Below the pieces are notes generated by a model. That model ran no database searches, was not told the DNA's origin, and saw only the letters and a program-made list of their open reading frames with translations. 64,000 nucleotides of DNA from Squalus acanthias (taxonomy: Eukaryota), in NCBI GenBank assembly GCA_030390025.1, contig CM059433.1:28398001-28462000 (forward strand). The letters run 5' to 3'. The translations under genes and the position numbers were made by a program. Shown piece after piece: positions 1-11,305 of this stretch. Every line of letters begins with the position of its first letter. Position 1 is the stretch's first letter.

Positions 1-961
1 ATCAAACTGCTGCTTCTCGAGGCCACTTTTAATATTCAGATTTGGGATTGCAGAAAATTGTCCATTCTTCCTCCCAGTATTTTATTTTTCATACAGAACC
101 TACGTTTGGAAGCGGCAGTAAATTGAAGAGGAGAGCTGAGGCCAACCTGCTACAGTGGCTAGATAAGCGAGAGCGGCGGCGCACAAACAATTGAGGGGGT
201 CTGATAAAAATCATATGAAAATAAAATCTCACAGCATGGGCGAGTGCCATATTCTTGGAAATCATCTGCTGGGAGTTGATGTAGACGTCGTGAGTCGTCT
301 TCTCCTGCGTTTCCCCCCCCCCCCCCCCCTCTCCACAATGTATTTTTGAGTGCCTGCTTGCTCAGTTTTTAGTTGTCTGACGCAAATGCTATTTTTTCAA
401 TGGATTGAATGGCCTCAGTTTTTCAGTAAATTGATTTTTTTCTTTTCTGCCTCCCCAAGGCAATGAAAACTTCATCTTCATACAGTTACCTTTAGGTGGC
501 CTCAGATGTTGTGCTGCAGAAAATTGTTTAATATGCAGTGAAAACATTGCATTGCTCCACTTTTGTTCATCAAAACTGTCTCATCGCAATTGTATGCATC
601 CAGGTAAATCTATGGAGATGACAGGTGTACTGAAGCGACTGCCCCATCATCTTTGGGAATATGGAGGGAAAAGAGTACTTTTAGCAGTGAACCTAAATTT
701 ATTAACAATACGTGTAACAATTTTTAGAAGATAGAATTATTTCTACGCCATATGTTAAGCATCAGGGTTACGGCGAAGCTGTGGTAGGTAACAAAGAAGG
801 GTTGGCTCTTTCCTTAAGGAAGAACTGAAATGTAGTTTTAACATGAAATGGATCTAGTTTATTTGTGCGTTGACATGCAGTGTGTACTGTCTGCACTTAT
901 TTTTGTGGAAATATGTAAATATATCTCCAGGATCCAGAACTGAGTGGTTATACCGGATGGG

Positions 962-1330
962 GCTGAGGGGTGCCCTGATACAGGTCTTCAAAATTTTGAA
1001 AGGGTTTGTTAGGGTAGACGTAGAAAAGATGCTTCCACTTGTGGGCGACACCAGAATTAGGGACCATAAATATAAGATAGTCACCAATAAATCCAATAGG
1101 GAATTCCGGAGAACCCAGAGAGTGGTGAGAATGTGGAACTCGCTACCACAAGGAGTATTTGAGGCGAATAGCATAGATGCATTTAAGGGGAAGCTAGATA
1201 AACACATGAGGAAGGAAAGGAATAGAAGGTTATGCTGACAGGGTTAGATGAAGAGAGGCTCGTGTGGAGCATAAACACTGGCACAAACCAGTTGGGCCGA
1301 ATGGCCTGTTTCTGTGCTGTAAATTCTATG
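962..1330 (+). mobile_element. CR1-clade LINE 3' fragment
   Basis: ORF 870-1238 has LRG.LIQVFKILKG...RVVRMWNSLP...FKGKLDKHM (CR1 ORF2 C-terminus). Tail gggccgaatggcctgtttctgtgctgtaaattctatg. Confidence 0.88.
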
Positions 1331-1775
1331 GCCCGTATTTTGCTGCCCCCACGGGTGCGTACATGGTGCGTACGCACCCTTAAGGGCCGCAAGTTCCAGG
1401 TTTTCGTGTGCGAAGCATCCCCGGGAAAAGGGTATCCGCGGGCGGAGGGTTGGTCAATTTACCCAACTACTGCCCAGCGAATGTTTTAAATGTTTAATTA
1501 AACGGTATTTTAATTAATTTTAACTATGAATTTTTTTAATTTTAATTGGTGCATAATTGTGTTTTTTATGTGATCCCCATTCTTTGAGTGGCTGAGCCGG
1601 CCCACATGATCCCAGGAGCACTTGTGAACTGCGTGCGCCCCTGGGATACGTGGGCCTTTACCCACGCGTTCCTGGAGAGGCCAAGGAGCGCAAGTCGCTA
1701 TGGATTCCGAAGCCCCAGGTACGCGCAGATTGGAGGCATTTCCCCGCGGGAAGCCTCAACCACAAATTCGGGCCC
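1330..1775. mobile_element. Non-autonomous TIR element (MITE), GGCCC-terminus family
   Basis: Imperfect TIRs ggcccgtattttg / cacaaattcgggcc. Subterminal hairpin gggtgcgtac..gtacgcaccc at 1353-1379. TSD not resolved. Confidence 0.6.
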
Positions 1776-1929
1776 AATGTAATTACTCTGTCATCCAACA
1801 AATTAGAATTTCAGACTCTCAAATTTCAACATCGGGTCTGTTTTTCAATGATGGTGATTGTGCCGAGAGCACTGGATTATTTTTCCAAAGTAACATGCAT
1901 TACCCGGTGCCGTTTTATTGTATTAAGTA

Positions 1930-2110
1930 CAAGGTTCCCTGTAAGCTGTGCGGGTGTGTGGCCACGCAGCCATCTGTGAAGGTACCGCGCAGGCCACTCA
2001 CAAGTTGTCCCATTGATACTGCGCATGCGTGGCTGAGCTGCAAATTTAAGGGTACTGCGCATTTAAATAAACAGACCATGCACCCACGGTAATATTTAGA
2101 GGGAGCATTG
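1930..2110. mobile_element. hAT-type MITE
   Basis: TIRs caaggttccctgtaa / ttagagggagcattg. Exact 8-bp TSD attaagta at 1922-1929 and 2111-2118. Confidence 0.88.
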
Positions 2111-2164
2111 ATTAAGTAATCCATATTAACCTTCCAGTTTTGCAGTAAAGTCTTTCTCTGTACA

Positions 2165-2290
2165 TAAAATGATACAGCACAGAAGGAGGCCATTTGGCCC
2201 ATCGTGCCTGTGCCAGCTCCTTGGTAGAGCTATCCAGTTAGTCCTGCTCTTTCCCCATAGCCCTGTAAAAATATTTTCCTTCAAGTACAT
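2165..2290 (-). mobile_element. CR1 LINE 3' tail fragment
   Basis: atgatacagcacagaaggaggccatttggcccatcg is the reverse complement of the CR1 3' tail seen at ~5390-5430. Confidence 0.75.
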
Positions 2291-2388
2291 CAAGACAACC
2301 AGATCCACGAATGTATGGGCATTTCAGGATTCGCCATTTGTGTTGAGTGACAGCAAGGCATGGAAGAGTGGATGGTGTGTGTGTGTGT

Positions 2389-2450
2389 CTTTATGCAGTG
2401 ATGTGCAGTACTTTATGCAGTGATGTGCAGTACTTTATGCAGTGATGTGC
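2389..2450. repeat. 22-bp tandem repeat, ~2.8 copies
   Basis: Unit ctttatgcagtgatgtgcagta at 2389, 2411 and 2433 (partial). Confidence 0.9.
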
Positions 2451-2680
2451 TGCACAGGTCTGGCTTTGATAGTTGAGGTTTCCCCTAGCCATGTTGGAAT
2501 TTGAATGAATGATCTCTGGGTTGCTAGTCCAGTACAGTAACCACCAGGCTACCCTATCCCAGGATGGTACAACAGGATGGATCTGGTCTTTCACTATGTA
2601 GCGATTCCTATGTTCTGATTAGCTGTTAGTATGTGCTTCTACTAATTACCATCTTTCATTATAAATCAGTTAAGAATTCT

Positions 2681-5678
2681 GGCCCATAATTTGCAGTCAG
2701 CGGCGAACAACGCTGACCTAGAAGAAAGTTGCCCACAGAGAGCTCGCGATCTCCTTGCTGTAAAACTTAAGGTTTCTCGACGTGCAATTGATTGTAGCGC
2801 TGTAAATAGGGGATTCCTAGCGTAGTGCAGCAGTGATGTCATCAAGATGTCTAAGCAGCTAATCACATTGAAGAATTCTCGCAGACAGCAAACCAGGAAA
2901 TAAAAAGCAGCTTTTATCTTCACTTTTTTAAAATGTTAGAGAGCGAAATAAAAATTTGGGCATACACATGGGGTTAATGTAGAAGCTGAAATAACATTAA
3001 CAAATTTGAAAAAAAAAAATTTTAATTGTAATTTTTATCATAATGGAAAAAATTGACATTCCACAAATATAAAAATTAGTTTTTCAGGATCAGAACCGTT
3101 GTTTAGCAGTAAATAAACTGTGAGAATCCCAGTTACACCTATTTCAACATTGCTTGATATTTATCAAGTGGAGAATGTCACAGTTGAAGAGCATCTCGGG
3201 AATAGCGATTATAGTATTGTAAGGTTTAGATTAGTTATGGAGAAGGACAAGGAGCAATCTAGAATAAAAATACTTAACTGAAGAAGGGCTAATTTCAGCA
3301 AATTGAGGAGGGATCTGGCCCGGGTAAATTGGAGTCAAGACTGGCAAACATAAATGTAACGGAACAATGGGTGGCCTTTAAAGAGGAGATGGTTCAGGTA
3401 CCGTCTAGGTACATTCCTACAAAGGGGAAAGGGGGGGGGGGCAGCCAAAGCCAGAGCTCCCTGGATGACGGAGTTGGAGAGTAGGATGAATCAGAAAAAA
3501 GGGGGCGCATGACGGATGTCAGCTTGATAATACAAGGGAGAATCAGGCTGAATATAAAAAGTACAGTGAAAAAGGAAATAGGAGGGGCAGAGACAGTATG
3601 AGAATAGATTGGCGGCTAATATAAAGGGGAATCCAAAGGTGATCTTTAGGCATATTAGCAGTAAAAAGGTTGTCCGAGGAGTAGTGGGGCTGATTAGGGA
3701 CCAAAATGGAGAACTATTGGTGGAGGCAGAAGGCATGGCTGAGGTACTAAATGAGTACTTTGCATCGGTGTTTATCAAGGAAGAGGGCTTTGCCAAAGCT
3801 ATGGTAAACGAGGAGGTTGCTGGGATACTGGATGAGATAAAAAAAATAGATAGAGGAGGCACTAGACAGGCTGGCGATAGTTAAAGTGGATAAGTCACCC
3901 GGTCCGGATGGGATGCATCCTAGGTTACTGAGGGAAGTAAGGGTAGAAATTGTGGAGGTACTGGCCACAATCTTCCAATCCTCCTTAGATACGGGGTGGT
4001 GCTAAAGAACTGGAGGATTGCAAATGTTACACTCCTGTTCTAAAAAAGGGGAGAAGGATCAACCTGGAAATTACAGGCCAGTCAGTTTAACGGCAGTGGT
4101 GGGAAAGCTTTTGGCAATAATCCGGGTGATAATTAACAGCCACTTGGACAAACATGGACTAATAAAGGAGAGCCAGCATGGATTTGTTAAGGGCAAATCG
4201 TGTTTGACTAACTTGATTCAGTTTTTTGATGAGGTAACAGAGAGGGTGGATGCGGACAGTGCAATTGATGTTGTGTATATGGACTTTCAAAGGGGATTTG
4301 ATGCAGTACCACATACTCGACTTGTTAGCAAAATTGAAGCCCATGGGATAAAAGGAGCAGTAGCAGCATAGGCACAAAATTAGCCAAGGGATAGAAAACA
4401 GAGTTGTGGTTAATGGCTGTTTTTCAGACTGGAGGGAGGTATACAGTGGCATTCCCCAAGGTTCAGTGCTAGGACAACTGCTGTTTTTGATATACATTAA
4501 TGACTTGGACTTGGGGCTACAGGGCACAATTTTGAAATTTGCAGATGAAACTTAGAAGTGTAGTAAACCGTGAGGAAGAAAGTAGTAGACTTCAAGAAGA
4601 CATAGGCTGGTGGAATGGGCAGACACATGTCAGATGAAATTCAGCACAGAGAACTGTGAGTTGATACATTTTGGTAGGAAGAATGAGGAAAGACCAAACA
4701 CACTAAATGTTACAATATTAAAGGGGGTGCAAGAAGAGAGAGACTTGGGGGTGCTTGTTCACAAATCTTTGAAGGTGGCAGGACAGGTTAAAAAGCAGTT
4801 AATGAAGCAAATGGGATCCTGGGCTTCATAAATAGAGGCACAGAGTACAAAAGCCAGGAAGTTATGCTAAACCAATATAAAATACCAGTTCAGGCCCCAG
4901 CTGGAGTATTGTGTCCAATTCTGGCCACCACACTTTAGGAAGGATGTAACAGCGTTGGAGAGGGTACAGAATAGATTTACGAGAATGGTTCCAGGGATGA
5001 GGGATTACAGTTACATGGATAGACTAGAGAAGCTGGGGATGTTCTCCTTGTAGCAGAGAAGGCTAAGAGGAGATTTAACAGAGGTGTTTAAAATCATTAA
5101 GGATTTAGATAGAGTAAATAAAGAGAAACTGTTTCCAATGGCTGAAGTTCGATAACGAGAGAGCACAGATTTAAGATGATTGGCAAAAGAACCTGAGGTG
5201 ACAGGAGGAAAAACCTTTTTACGCAGTGAGTGGTTAGGATTTGGAATACACTGCCTGTTAGGGTGGTGGAGGCAGATTCAGTCGTGGCTTGCAACAGGGA
5301 ATTGGATAAATACTTGAAGGAGAAAAAATTGCAGGAATATGGGGAAAGAGCGGAGTGGGACTAACTGAATTGCTTTTTGAAAGAGACTCGATGGGCAGAA
5401 TGGCCTCCTGTGCTGTACTATGCTATGATTTAATGGTGTATTTAACAACGATATTTTGCAGAAAAGCTCAAGTTCCACTGATTTCACTGATTGCCGGCTT
5501 TGGGGAGTTCCACAGCGCAGCCTGTGTCGGAGCAGTGAATGACTGCCTGCAGCTTAGTTTTTCCGCGTTTAGATGCGCATGCGCTAAATCATGAAGTTAC
5601 GGTCAGTTTTAGAGTGGTAATGATGGCGAATGCTGTAGCTGACAGTTCGCCGTCATTACCCACTGCAAAATCTGGGCC
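2681..5678. mobile_element. Non-autonomous TIR element (GGCCC-terminus) split by a CR1 insertion
   Basis: Left ggcccataatttgcagt (2681) and right actgcaaaatctgggcc (ends 5678) are inverted repeats. Subterminal hairpin gtggtaatgatggcgaa..ttcgccgtcattacccac at ~5614-5663. Confidence 0.7.
3160..5430 (+). mobile_element. CR1 LINE, 5'-truncated, decayed ORF2 (end of endonuclease through RT to 3' tail)
   Basis: Frameshifted RT motifs: PGNYRPVSLT, SQHGFVKGKSCLTNL, VDVVYMDF-like, PQGSVLG, KFAD, CELIHFG. 3' tail gatgggcagaatggcctcctgtgctgtactatg. Confidence 0.95.
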
Positions 5679-5807
5679 TATAACTTAACTGGGCAAGGGA
5701 AGTGAAAAATCAGCCAGGATTTCTGCGCCTAACTGCAGCTTTAAGTCCTTCAGTTTGAAGTGTGCATATGTGGATGTTGACTGCTGTGTGTGAGGCCCCC
5801 AATGAAG

Positions 5808-6152
5808 AGAGAACTTGCATTTAAAACGCTTTGCATCCAGTGAAGTACTTTTGAAGTGTGGTCACTGTTGTAATGTAGGGAATGTGGCAGCCAACTTGCA
5901 CACAGACAGAATCAGAAATGAGATCATCTATTATCATTTTCGAATCGTGCCATAGGATCTTTTACGTCTACCTGAGAGGGCAGATGTTGGACATCTCATC
6001 TGCAAGATGGCACCTCAGACAGTGCAGCACTCCCTTAGTACTGTCCTGGAGTGTCTGCCTGGATTTTGTGCTCGAGTCTCTGGAGTAGGAGTTGAACCCA
6101 CGATCTTCTGACTCCGGGCGAGAGTGCTGCCAACTGAGTCACGGTTGACACC
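5808..6152 (-). mobile_element. Deu-domain tRNA-SINE (SacSINE1/AmnSINE1-like), degraded
   Basis: Reverse complement of the SINE at 41412-41896 with internal deletions. It sits inside fragments of an older SINE (5685-5800, 6155-6290). Confidence 0.75.
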
Positions 6153-8924
6153 TGGTGCATGGTCTGCTGACACTTGTTCAGGCTAATGCTTGGAATAAAA
6201 GCCACATAGATGTATAGGATGATTGCCTGTACATTTTGGACTGCACCCCAGCATAAGCTTACTGTATTCAGGAGAGGAAAGATAAGGGGAGGGAAACAGA
6301 ATAAATTACTTTTTCAAAATGCAAATATTTTGAATCAAAAAAGACAGACCTTCACTTCACTGTGCAATTAATGAGTGCAGTAAATTGCTGTTGAGACATT
6401 GTGTTGATGTTTGACCCTTTCAGTGTATTAAGTGTTGCATGTAGGTGGTATCATTCATGTCCGAATTATTAATTATAAAATGTAATGACTGTGGCCACGA
6501 CAGTGTTGCTGTTGTGGCCTTTTCTGTGCAGCATACAATGGGAGCTGGTGGCTTATTCAAACTCCTTCCTCTAAATTAAAACATTGCACCAGCTTTGGTT
6601 GGATGTATTAGCATCGCACAACATCTGAAACATTAGCTTTTCATCAACTGTAGTTGAAAATCTGACGGTAGAGAATTTATTTTCCCGACTCTTCATATTA
6701 TAATGGCAGTTTATGGCTTAACTTTTGACAGTGATAATTATATCTCTCCGCGATATTGCTTAAAATAACAGGAAGACTTTCTAATTTAAATTCACTTTGC
6801 CATTGTCTGCTAACACAAGAGTGTATGTGTGTTGGAATAAACCTGTTGGCCATGTAAACTTGCCTTGTGACATCTCATTAAGCGGTGTTTAACTATCCAA
6901 ATCAGATGCCATATACAGTGGGGTGATTCTTTCAAAATACAAACAAAGAAAAAGTCATGAGCAAAGCCCATCCAGGGTTCGAACTAAAATTCCCAGCTGC
7001 TGTATCACTAACCATTTAGTGGAAACAAGATCTCAGCAGCTCACTTAAAAATGTCACCTGCAGCCAGAGGTGGGTTGAGTGACCTTGTTCATAAGTGTAA
7101 CTTCCCAAGTTTGACTAATTATGACATGACTCATCTTGTAGTGATAGCCTGCGCCATTTGTACTAAAATGGTTTTGAATTTAATTCAGAATGGCTTCATT
7201 GTCTTCAGCACGGCGTACAGAGAAACGCTGTGTTTTGATAGCCTTGGCTTTTGAGCAACCTTGGGAGTACGGCAAATTTCTCTTGTCACAGCACATATTG
7301 CCTTTGTACTGTGTGCGCTTTCAGTTGTGTGTTTGCTCTGCTTAATCACTGTTTTCGTTTGATTGACAAGCAGCCACTGGAGATGCGGGGAGAAGGCTGG
7401 AATGTTCTCCAGCTCGGTGCTGCAGAAAGGGAAAAAAAAGGATTCATTTTAATAACTCGGTTAAATTTCCTTTTACACTCTTACCCTGCTGGTGGCTATA
7501 TTGCATTAAGTCTGCAGCTTGTTGGGCTACAGTTCACAGCCATAGTTGCTTGCCTGTCACAGGGTTATTTAATATTGTGCTTTCAACCAGATAATGTGAC
7601 TTTTGAGTGACACATTTGTGAAGGTTATATTAAAAAAAAATTGAAAGCAAGAATTAATATTTTAAAATTCTAATTACTGATCTAGTATTTCATTTCCGTG
7701 TCTCGGTGTTTAAATATTTAAAGCTCCATCTCCTTGGGAGTCGAAGTGGAACTGGAATTGTTCAGTGGTAGCCATTGCCAGTGAGGAACCTTTCGGTGCA
7801 GAATAACTGATATGACATGTCGGTATTCTTCCAAGCAAAAGACAAATTACTTATTGAAGCTGGGATCTGCCAAAACATTTTTTTTTTTTTTAATCTGTGC
7901 TAACACAAATGAAATCCGGTTCAGTCTGTGCCTTGTAAACATTTCTATGTCATTTATGACGAGCACAAGTCTTCTGTACAATTCCTAATAGAAATTGTCC
8001 ACCAAGAATATGCAACTCCATGAATATTTAACTTCTGGATGCAGAGGAGTAACATGATAGGTTTTGCTCTTTGAACAGCATTTTTTTTTTAAAGAAGTAG
8101 AGCTAGATAAAAATGAGTTTTTTGAAAAAAAAATATAGACAGGAATCAACAGATTGCTTCTTCACAGAAATTAATAACTAAAAGGATCCACTGCAGAGAG
8201 AAAAAAAATTAATTTGAACTGCTACTGCTGAGAGAAAAATTTTTCAAGAACGCCAGGGGGAGGAATCACTGTAGGCTTAGATAGAATTTTGGTATTGTGT
8301 TTTGAATTGGTAATTTTATGTATCTTCTTAAAGCAGACAGGGGGACAAAAATCTGTTTTTCTATCAGGCTGGCAACTGTACACTGTCTAATTCTGATAAA
8401 CGCGTAACAAATTTGCGAAGAAATGTTCTGCTTGGATCACGACTTACGCATAATAAGAACGAGCAGAGATGCTGCATTAGATTTCCATGTTGGGAGTCAG
8501 GTATGTATTTGTTCAGTTTGTGCTGTAATACAGCTGGGCAATGCAATGTTAATTTAAAACTACCCAGCAGGCAGCCCTTGGTGTCTGGATTTCCATTTTC
8601 GCTGTGCATGAATTAAAGGAAAGTCGCATCCTGTCCGTGCAATCCTATTTCTGGTGACCAGTGGTTGCTTCAGTAATCAGATCTTTCATCTTACCTGCTG
8701 GCGGATTGTTACATTGTAAATTGTCTTATTCCTCGCCCTCAGCCTTTTCCAAAATTACAAGTCTGCAGAGAAGTAGCAATGGTGCACCAGGACTTTTTGA
8801 TTTATTCTCAAAGGAGGCCATTTGTTTGAAGTATTTGTTTATATTTCAAATCTAGTCTCTGCCCCAATTGTAGAAATGTGTACAGGGTCGCTCATGAAAA
8901 GCCTAAAACTAAAATCTGCATATT

Positions 8925-9825
8925 GAATCATAGAATGATACAGCACCGGAGGCCATTCGGCCCATCGTGCCTGTGCCAGCTCTTTGAAAGAGCTATCCAA
9001 TTAATCGCACTCGCCTGCTTTTTCCCCTTAGCCCTGACAATTATTCTCCTTCAAGTATTTATCCAATTCCCTTCTGGAAGTTACTATTGAATCTGCTGCC
9101 ACCACCTTTTCAGGCAGTGCATTCCAGATCTCAACAATTCGCTGCGTAAAATAAATTCTCTTCCTCTCAGCTCTGGCTCTTTTGCCAATTATCTTAAATC
9201 TGTGTCCTCTGGTTACCGATTCTCCCACCAGCGGATCAAGTGGGTTGCTTTGTCCTGGATGGTGTTGAGCTTCGAGTGTGGTTGGAGCTGCATTCATCCA
9301 GGCTAGTGGAGAGTATTCCATCACACTCCTTACTTGTGCCTTGTAGATGGTGGAAAGGCTTTGGGGAGTCGGGAGGTGAAACACTCGCCACAGAATACCC
9401 AGCCTCTGACCGGCTCTTGTAGCCACAGTATTTATGTGGCTGGTCCAGTTATGTTTCTGATCAATGGTGACCCCCAGGATGTTGATGGTGGGGGATTCGG
9501 CAATGGTAGTGCCGTTGAATGTCATGGGGGGGGGGGTGGTGGTTAGACTCTCTTGTTGGAGATAGTCATTGCCTGGCACTTGTGTGGCATGAATGCTATT
9601 TGCCACTTATCAGCCCAAGCCTGAATGTTGTCCAGGTCTTGTTGCATGTGGACATGGACGGCTTCATTATCTGGGGAGTTGCAAATGGAACTGAACACAG
9701 TGCAATCCTCAGTGAACATCCCCACTCCTGACTTTATGATGGAGGGAAGGTCATTGATGAAACAGCTGAAGATGGTTGGGCCTCGGACAGTGTAAGGTTG
9801 CTGTAAGGAGAACAATCCCAGCTTT
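8925..9825 (-). mobile_element. CR1 3' fragment interrupted by a Zenon-like LINE RT fragment (9236-9790)
   Basis: Chimeric ORF 9028-9606 joins ILGVTIDQK..YKAQVRSVMEYSPLAW to CR1 TRGHRFKI..FTQRIVEIWNALP. ORF 9543-9815 has GPTIFSCFINDLP. Confidence 0.85.
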
Positions 9826-10959
9826 TTCTTATCTATCTACATCTGTCTATACACCTTTGATCATTTGAAGCATTGATGGGTAAAGAAATGCTAATTTTAG
9901 CTAATGTAATAGGCCAGTTTACTTTGGAAACTTGAATGTGACGCCGGGTTAATTAAAACAAGGTTTAGGACAACCGGTGTAGTGGAACTATTATTATGAG
10001 GGAGACAGGTTAATTTACGGCCTGAATAGAGGAATTGGGAATGCCATTCACAAACTGGATTTGCAGCATAAAGGACTTGGTTACTTGTTAGATCAATTCA
10101 GATTTTCTTCATTCTGGGATTTTACACAGCATGTGAGGCTTAAAGCACTTGTCGCGTAAAGAGGATAAGCTTAATCCAGCTGTATTTAAATCAATTTAAA
10201 AATAAAAACCTATGGCATCAATTCTCTTAAACTGCTCAAAACCGTTCCCTTCCTGCCATCTCTTTACTGAAAATGAAAGTCACAGTTGTCATAGGATCCA
10301 TTGTTCAGAGGTACATGTAAGGCCTGTTTGTGGGGGTTGGGGGAAGAGTGTCAGGGTAACTGTAGCCCTCGCGAGCCTCTATCCTGGCCCGTGGCAAGAT
10401 TCAAGCCATTTCCTCCTCCTTCACTGTATTCCGTTCGACCTTCATTCCTGCTGTCATCAAGACTCTCGATTTCAGCCAGTTGTGTTTTGCTTTCTGGGCC
10501 ATACCTACATTTCTGCTGGATGTCTGTTCATCTGCCGTTGGTTTGACTGCTGTCAAACCATTTCATATTGTTGCAGCTAGGTCTGCATTCCATGCGTAGC
10601 CATGGTCCAGGGTGAGGTGAAAGGTATTATTCCCAGATGTGTGAATAATCCATTGTGATAGTGCTATACATAAAATCATTGATTTTTAAAAATGAACCAA
10701 CTCTTGGAATTCCTATAACTGCAACACAATGAAGAGAAACATTCAGTCACTCCTTCCTTTTCCCTGGACCACCTTACATCTTCCGCAGCAGACAAATCTC
10801 GATGCAAGTAAAATCCAGATTACCATCAATTTAGCATAGTCAGGCTGCTGCTGCTGTTAAAACATCGTAATGTGCGTGGTCGCGTTTGTGGAAGAAAGTT
10901 GTTTGCGGACAGAAGACTGGGGGTGGGCTTTGAAACGTGGGCACGTTGCTAAAAGCAAA

Positions 10960-11305
10960 CTTGTTTTCAAATCCCTCCATGGCCTCGCCCCTTCCTATCT
11001 CTAACTTCCTCCAGCCCGACAACCCTCGGAGATATCTGTGCTCCTCCAATTCTGGCTTCTTGCGCATCCCTGATTTTCATCGCTCCACCATTGGCGCCAC
11101 ATTTTCAGCCGCCTAGGCCATAACCTCTGGAATTCCCTCTCCACATCTGTCTCCTCCTTTAATATGCTCCTTCAAACCTACCTCTTTGACCAAGCTTTTG
11201 GTCGCCTGTCCTAATATCTCCTTGTATGGCTCGGTGTCCGATTTTGTCCTGGGACGTTTTACTATGTTCAAGGTTCTTTGTAAATACTTATTGTTCTTAT
11301 TGTTT
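10960..11305 (+). mobile_element. L2-clade LINE 3' fragment
   Basis: ttcaaatccctccatggcctcgcccct..ctctggaattccct..aaacctacctctttgaccaagcttttgg. Same family as 34185 and 61230. Confidence 0.75.

Noticed and set aside
2389..2450. Short direct repeats as a CRISPR-like array (also 20101-20199)
   Set aside because: Tandem or degenerate units without unique spacers, no cas genes, vertebrate context.
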